A stretch of 64,000 nt of DNA, taken from NCBI GenBank assembly GCA_001643675.2, contig LSRY02000008.1, positions 1,364,001 through 1,428,000 of the forward strand, written 5' to 3'. The translations under genes and the position numbers were made by a program. Origin of the DNA: Monocercomonoides exilis PA203 (taxonomy: Eukaryota; Protista; Preaxostyla). Below, in pieces: positions 56,963 to 64,000 of this stretch. Each line of letters opens with the position of its first letter. Positions within the stretch are counted from its first letter, which is position 1. Under the pieces are notes generated by a model that saw nothing but the letters and a program-made list of their open reading frames with translations, was not told where the DNA came from and searched no databases.

Positions 56963-59900
56963 AAAAATTCTTCCTTTTCCTTCTCCTCCTTCCCCATGCC
57001 TCTTAGCGCCATGTCAAAAAATATCCCATTGAGCTTGAGTTCCTCTTTTCTGTCTCTTCTGCTGCTGCTTCCGAAAAGATTTTTGTTAAAAAAATCCCAC
57101 AAAAATTTCTTTCCCCATTCTCTTCAGTTTTTCCATTTCGCTCATTCTGCCAAACACTCTTCAGTTTCCCATTTCTCCCAGTTTCTCCCAAGAATGTCCC
57201 AGAAAAAAAGCAGTGCTTCCACATCCCATATTTCATGCTCCCCCAGTGCTTCTCATAACACCTGATCGCATCACACATTTATGAAATTTAAAAAAATACA
57301 AATACATAAAAATAAAAAATGATATGTGAAAAAAATTAACAAACAAGAATAAAATACCTCCAGATATCTTCATTTCCCTTCACTCCCCTCATCCTCTGTT
57401 TGCCTCTCTCCAAATACCTCTCATCCCAACATCATCCACTCCAAGCACCACACCACACCACGCCTTCGCCTTTCATATCCAATTTCAAAAATAAAGAAAA
57501 AATAATATGTTGTTTTCACCCTCTCTAACATTGCCCATCAACCCCGCTCTCACCATTCTTCTCTTCCCATCTTCCTCCATCCAGCCTTCAATCCAAAAAA
57601 AAAATATAGAATATTTCTCCTCCTCTTCTCATTCTTCAAGTAAGGCTTAAAAAAAAACAGTCTGCGTTCCATCGATATACCTCAGACAACATGTGATGGC
57701 TTTCCATCCATCTTTTGAAATTCACTCAATATCTTCAATAAAAAAAGAAATAAACATAAAATTAAATATAAAAAATATATATATAAATTCTCATGAAACA
57801 AATCATCAAACCTGTCTCCTCCTACGCCCCGAAAGGCTCACAAAGCAATCGCACATTCCCTTTCCTGTGCTGTCTCGACTGCCCAGATGAGTATGACTGC
57901 ATCCCCAAACATCCTGTGCCAACCTCTCTTCCCCATCTCCTTGATTTCCATATCCTCTTCCATTTTCGTATTGTTCTTGATAGCAATCATCGGCGTGTGC
58001 CTTTCAACACATACTCCCCCCTCAATCATTCACAATCATCCCCACCCATCAGCTCCCAAAATATAACATCCAACTCGCTTTTGTCTCCTCCTTTAAAATA
58101 AAAAAATATGTGTGTGTGAAAATCTCAGCTGAGATGTGTTCCTCCACCAAACATGCACTCCACCACACACTCTCCATCCCCTTCCCCTTCCTGCTCCTTC
58201 TCACAAACATTGTTTCCCTCATTCGCCTTTCTTTTCCAAAAAACGAACTGCAGATAAATCATCCCATCAATCATAGCTGCTGCAAGTACCATTGTCTCTT
58301 GTGGGCATCTGCTTCTCTGATCAGCCACAAGCTGAACCCTGCTCCCCACAAACAATCTCGCTTATAAATCAAACACTGCCAAACACATGAAATTCAGAAA
58401 ATGAACAAAATATCCCCAAAACAAGTTTATTTTTTGTTTCCACACACCCCCCTCAACCATGTCCATTTTCACTCAGCCATTGCCGAGATAAAGAAAATAT
58501 GAAAATGATTTGTTGGTTTGAGTCTTTTTTGTAATGGATTCTATGATCATCAGATTCGAAAGAACGGAATAATTTATTCACAGAATGAGAAATCCGTGAG
58601 TGAACATTATCTGTAGAACTAGAAATATTATTTCCTGTGGAGGCAACAAGAAATGGTGGAGATGCAATAATGCTGAAATTCTGACCTTTGATTTTTGGTA
58701 ATCGGATGACCAAGGGGAATATATCAATTTCATCAATAACACAAAAATGATATTGTATGTATTTTTTATTGTTCAATTGATTGTGAAGATATTTCCGTCT
58801 GTATCCTCTCCAAAGTGCAGGAATATGAGTTATTGTTGAAATGGCCAATCCCCGCTTTGTGGAGCAACACGATGAGAACGGAGCAGATTATTATATAGGC
58901 ATTGGGAAATAAATGAAGTTACGCAAGATACATGATTTTTTATTTGGAACAGGAGATGAAAACAAATTCGACTGTTATATTATAAAATGAAGATAACAAG
59001 AAGGAATTCTGTGAAGAACAAAATCTGCACAAAATTATATAGCATTTGGGAGCATAAGGCAATGGAGCAGTTTGGGGTATTTTTTGGCAAGGAAAGTGGA
59101 AGGCAATATCGAGGGAAGGACATTTCTTGCGAATAAAAACTTAGAAAACAATGCAAGCGATGAGAGTGGAGATCAGGGACATCAATGGGAGTAAAACAGC
59201 TGCTGCTGCCGTTGGAAAGATGCATGTGTGTTTTGTGGAATATGCGCAGAGAAGCAAGACTTTCCAAAAATTCGTGCTTAAATGAAAAAGAATAATTTGT
59301 GACAAAAGCATCAGTCTTGGCCTGTGTTCCTGCAAGAATGGCAAGACAAGTGAAGTATCCTGCAGCTGTTACCGTTCTTTAACCTTCTCCGAGCTGCTGC
59401 AAGGACGAGTCTAAAGCTTGGCGTTTCGTTGTCATGGGCAGTTATACAGCAATTTGAGTTGGGAATTATCTTCTGCCCCGTCTCCATCAACGGTATTTCG
59501 ACTTCTGCTGGCAAAGTTCAGTATTTTTTGAGGCTCTGTTCGGCTGCTGATTTAGGGTTGGGCTGTTTTGCTACAGTTGTTGCGGGGGATGGCAACAAAG
59601 CGACTTTGTCATATCTGCTGCCAACTGCAACAGGTGGATCAGCCTTTTTCTTCTTCTTCTTCTTCTTCTTCTTCTTCTTCGTTTTTGTCATTTTTGAAGC
59701 AGACGAGCATTGGCAGCAACGAGGGATGAATTGAGGCAAGCACATGCAATATGCGTGAAGAGAGCCAAGGGATAAAAGGACGGGCATATCCCTGACGTTC
59801 CTGATATTGCCATGACAGAAAATGGGATGTGCGCTTGAAGCGCCGGGGATGAGCGAAGCAGCGCAACGGCTATGGAGCAGCACACAGCACTCAAGGCATG

Positions 59901-60674
59901 CTGTTTTTCCGCGTATTGTGTTGACCGTGCTTGAGGCAGAGGGAATGGCGGGATGAGTGTTCTTTTTGTGTGAGTTACATGATTGAAGAAGGTGAGGAAA
60001 GGAGGGATGGAAGTGCCTTGTTTTATTTGAGAGGAAGGCAGAAGAGGGAGAAGGAAGACATGGATTGAAAGGATCAAGGAAGAGAAGAAGGGTTATGAGA
60101 CCGAGACGAGAGAAACGAGGGAACAAGAGAAGGAGAAGAAGAATGAGGAGAAGAGAAGGGAAGTGAAGAAGCGGAAAATGAAGCGGAAGGTTTCGAGAAG
60201 AAAAAGGTATAAGGATTATATCTCAAAAGTCATATTTTTGATATTTTATTTCAAATTTATTTTCAAATATTCTTTCAATTTTCTTTCTTTTTTTTTCCAT
60301 ATTTAATTTAATATTTCTTCAGTTTATTTTTTATTTTTCAGAATTTTTACTGTTATTTTTTAAATGACAAAAGTGCATTTGCATGAGTCGTCAAGAGCAA
60401 TGGATGTGAATGGAATGTGGAAAAAAGGCAGAAGACGACAATAGAAGAAAAAAAGAGATAATAGGGAAAGCAAATGGCGAAGAAGATTATGTTCTTGTTT
60501 CAATTTGGTGGAACTGAAGGAAAAAGACGCTTTTCTTTTGGGAATGCGCATTTCAGAAGCAGGAGAAGAGGCAGGAAAAGGGAATTCAAGCTCATTTGAA
60601 TCTTGACGAATATCTTACTGAGAGGCATGGTAGGCATATGACAAATGATTGAAGGAAAAGGAAGAGTATTTCAG

Positions 60675-62159
60675 TGAGAGAATCAAGCTCCATTTCTTAC
60701 AACTCCCTCGATGCTCCTTATTTCCTTCTCACAACTCACATTTTTCAACATCTCAACAGCAAATGAGGCATATTCATCTCCAGCAACTACATTTTCCCAA
60801 ACATCATGTTTGATATACAGCTGCTTATTTTCATTAGTGTGTGATGCATATGATGGAGGAATTGTTCCTTCTCTGAACAACCCCTTGGCCTCTCTGACTG
60901 CCTCAAATACCTCATTCGTTGGATGTTGCAGGAAAAGGAATGTTGAATGCAATGGAACTGCAGAGGTACCATTAAAGCCAGTGAGACAAAGCACAACAAC
61001 CAATGGAGCTAATTCATTCATTTGGTGTGAATGGAATGGATCGAAGACGACAGGAACAGAAAATACATGGGAAGACATTGCTTCAAATGGAGGGGCTATT
61101 TGCATGCACAGCCAATCAAATGCTATAATTTCAATTAAGCACTGCTCATTCAATGATTGCAATGCTTATTGTGATGGAGGAGGAGTCATGTGTGCAAAAA
61201 TCAAATCTGTTGAGATTGAAAACAACTCATTCAACTCATGCACAGCTCAAAAAAGTGCTGGAGGAGGGATGTGTATTTATGTGATTTCAACATGTGTTCA
61301 GATCAGCGGATGTGAATTCCAGGATTGTAAAGCAAATGGATATGGAGGAGGACTTTATCTCGACAATTTTCAGGTTTCAGGGCCAGGATGCATTCCAACA
61401 GAAAATGGAGGAGGAGAAAGTGCGTGTGTGTTTGACTGCAGCTTTGCTTCATGCTCAGTGACAAGCACAACTGGTGGAGGAATGCGTTGTTACAATATTC
61501 CTGTTCAAGTTAAGATTAGAAGCATTCAATTTATTTCATGCAATGCATCGTCATATGGAGGAGGGTTGAGTGTGGATCCACGTATTACAACAGCGCCAAA
61601 AGATGGACATTATTGTTATTTTCTTTTTTTTCACGAATGCAAATGTTCGGCCACTTCTCCACGGGGACATGATATTGCATATACAGATTATTACAAACAT
61701 TTTTTGGATTCTGGAAATCCGTTCAACGAGTGCTATACTACAAATGCTGATGATAGAAGAATGTTTTATGAACACTATGATGGTACTAATTGGGTGTATG
61801 ATCAAATATCGAAAAAGGATTGGCTGAAGGACAAGACGATATATGTCTCAGCGAATGGAAATGATGAATATGAGCTGTGCGGGTCAAATGAATCAAATCC
61901 GTGTCTGACAGTGAAGAAGGCGTTTGAGATGTGTGAAATACAGATAAGCTTGTCAGTCACGCTTATGGAAGGGGATCATCGAAGCGAGACAACAACAATT
62001 GATATTGGGGCAAAGAAGATTTCTGCTGTTGGAAAGGAAAAAAAGAAGAATGCGATTGGAAGGAATGCTGTTTTGCCTTTATTCTCTGCTCCGCAGCTTT
62101 TTATTCTCCTCTTCTTTTTTCATCTCCTTCAGACTCGTCTTCTTCGTCTTCTTCATTAA
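60675..62159 (+). CDS. Beta-helix family copy 12 (482-aa ORF from 60711; truncated after KKISAVGK)
   Basis: Continuous ORF with family motifs; both flanks decayed. Confidence 0.75.
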
Positions 62160-62864
62160 TATCTTCAATTTCTGTTTTATTATCTTCAATTATATTGTAG
62201 TCATTGTCTATTTTTAATATTTTGGCTGTTGGAATTATTCGGCCGGAAGCCACGCTGAGGAAAGGAAATGAGCAAAATTTGGAAGCAGAAGAGGGTCAAT
62301 TTCATTGGTCGTGAGATGGAAAGCGGAGATGGAGAAGAAGGGTTTTGAGATTGAAATTGGAGGGATGAGGGAATACTGGTCGGAGGAGAAGAAACGACGA
62401 GGAAGAAAAAGTGTGTGAAGAAAACTCAAAATAAAAAGGTTTGCTGAATGATTTGTTTTGTTTTTCTTGTACAAAATTAATTCTTTGATGTTTCTGTAAT
62501 ATTTTTTCATACTTTTCTTTGAGTGATTTTATATCATTTATTTTTTATAATTATTTTATGACAATAAGAATTTTTTGGATGAGTATTCAAAAGCGAAGAA
62601 TGCGAATGGAATATGGAAAGAAGGCAGAAGATGGTTACAGTTGAAAAAGTGATTTTGGAAAAACAAATGATGAAGAATGTTGGAATGCTGCTTCCGTTCA
62701 GAAGCATTGAAGAAAAAAGATGCTTTTCTGCTTTTAATGGGAGCCAATTGTCTTCAGCAGAAGAGGCGAGGAAAGAATCTGAATTTAGGAAATATTCTGC
62801 TACATGGCGCGGAGATGCAAAACAGGTGTATGGTCAAAAAATCAAAAGAGAAGGAAGAATTTCA

Positions 62865-64000
62865 GTGAGTGAATCGCGTTTCTCATCTTCTTCCCCATTT
62901 TTCTTTTCACCATCTATATCCCTTATATCTCTCTTTCATTTGGTATTTTTCAACATCTCAACAGCAAATGAGGCATGCTCACCTTCTACCACTATGTCAA
63001 CACAAACCTCATGTTTTATGAGTAGTTGCTCCTTTTCATCAGTCTGCAATGCATATGATGGCGGAATTGTTCCCTCACTCAACAATCCCTATGCCTCTTT
63101 GACTGCCTCAAACACCTCGTTTGTTGGATGCTTCCGGACAAGGAATGTTGTTTGCGAAGGAACTTCAGATGTCAAGTTGACTCCAGAGAGGCAAAGCATT
63201 ACAGAAAATATAGCGAATACGTTCACTTGGTGCGAATGGAACGGGTCGAAAACAACAGGAGATGTTGACGATCATACTGATCGTACTTCAAATGGCGGAG
63301 CAATCAACATGAACAATTTGGCATCTGCCTCAATTTCTATTCAACACTGCACGTTCAACAACTGTTATGCGCATTATGGAGGTGGGGGAGTAATATGCCG
63401 GCAAATCAAAACACTCATTGCTGAAGACAATACATTCAATGATTGTACAGCTCAAAGTTATTATGGAGGAGGATTGTATGTTTATTATATAACTTCGTGT
63501 GTTCGGATCAGCGGATGTGAATTCCAGGGTTGCAAAGCAAGTATTCAAGGAGGAGGACTTTTTCTCGAAAATTTTCAGGTTTCAGGGCCAGGATGCATTC
63601 CAACAGAAAATGGAGGAGGAGAAAGTGCGTGTGTGTTTGACTGCAGCTTTGCTTCATGCTCAGTGACAAGCACAACTGGTGGAGGAATGCGTTGTTACAA
63701 TGTTCCTAATCAATTTAAAATGAGGAGCATTCAGTTCATTTCATGTTCAGCAACTGCATATGGAGGAGGATTGAGCTTCAGACCAGAAAAATCAGAAAAG
63801 CCAGATGATGGGTTCTATTGTTATTTCCTGTTCTTCCACGAATGCAAATGCAGAGATGAATCTAATCCATATGGTCACGATGCGTATTATGTTGATTATT
63901 ACAATGTTTTTTTGAGCACAGGAAATCCGTTCTATGAATGTTACACAACAAACACAGATGACCAGAGGATGTGTTATGTGTATAATTATTCGAGTTCAGG
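62865..64000 (+). CDS. Beta-helix family copy 13 (partial, runs off the window end; absent from the ORF track)
   Basis: Manual reading from GTGAGTGAATCGCGT gives VSESRFSSSSPFFFSPSISLISLFHLVFFNISTANEAC, later FTWCEWNGSKTTG, ESACVFDCSF and YCYFLFFHECKC. Confidence 0.8.
   Translation, partial: MSESRFSSSSPFFFSPSISLISLFHLVFFNISTANEACSPSTTMSTQTSCFMSSCSFSSVCNAYDGGIVPSLNNPYASLTASNTSFVGCFRTRNVVCEGTSDVKLTPERQSITENIANTFTWCEWNGSKTTGDVDDHTDRTSNGGAINMNNLASASISIQHCTFNNCYAHYGGGGVICRQIKTLIAEDNTFNDCTAQSYYGGGLYVYYITSCVRISGCEFQGCKASIQGGGLFLENFQVSGPGCIPTENGGGESACVFDCSFASCSVTSTTGGGMRCYNVPNQFKMRSIQFISCSATAYGGGLSFRPEKSEKPDDGFYCYFLFFHECKCRDESNPYGHDAYYVDYYNVFLSTGNPFYECYTTNTDDQRMCYVYNYSSS

Larger units (their letters stand above)
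48151..58844. repeat. Giant inverted repeat P4; arms 48151-53357 and 53651-58844, loop ~53358-53650
   Basis: Pair sum 107008 at the centre, drifting to ~106995 outward through small deletions in the right arm. CCATTTCAACAATAACTCAT at 48151 mirrors 58825-58844. Confidence 0.96.

Noticed and set aside
59100-60130. Moderately GC-rich gene-like stretches (also 17560-18300, 6120-6600, 47200-48150)
   Set aside because: No consistent frame or recognisable motif. They may be decayed or intron-split genes, but that needs a homology search.

Overview
AT-rich eukaryotic protist DNA. The gene family and composition resemble an oxymonad (Monocercomonoides-like); this is my recognition, not a database result. 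Three things dominate the window. (1) Four giant inverted repeats are centred at about 1701, 12723, 36345 and 53504. Each has a short unique loop (68-293 bp) inside a 2.4-4 kb AT-rich non-coding hub, and all four hubs share one ~40-bp motif family. (2) There are 13 copies (8 distinct variants) of a Cys/Gly-rich gene module that looks like a parallel beta-helix protein. The ~1.2-1.4 kb cores stay open, the 5' and 3' ends are decayed or cut, and the copies are patchworks of short segments shared between otherwise divergent paralogs. (3) A complete 6.2-kb DIRS-type tyrosine-recombinase retrotransposon (gag, RT/RNase H/degenerate methyltransferase, YR, ITRs, ICR) sits in one arm of the largest palindrome, with the clean empty site in the other arm. 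The leading hypothesis is a palindrome-organised archive of variable surface-protein cassettes diversified by segmental gene conversion. Main caveat: the palindromes and homopolymer frameshifts need raw-read confirmation.
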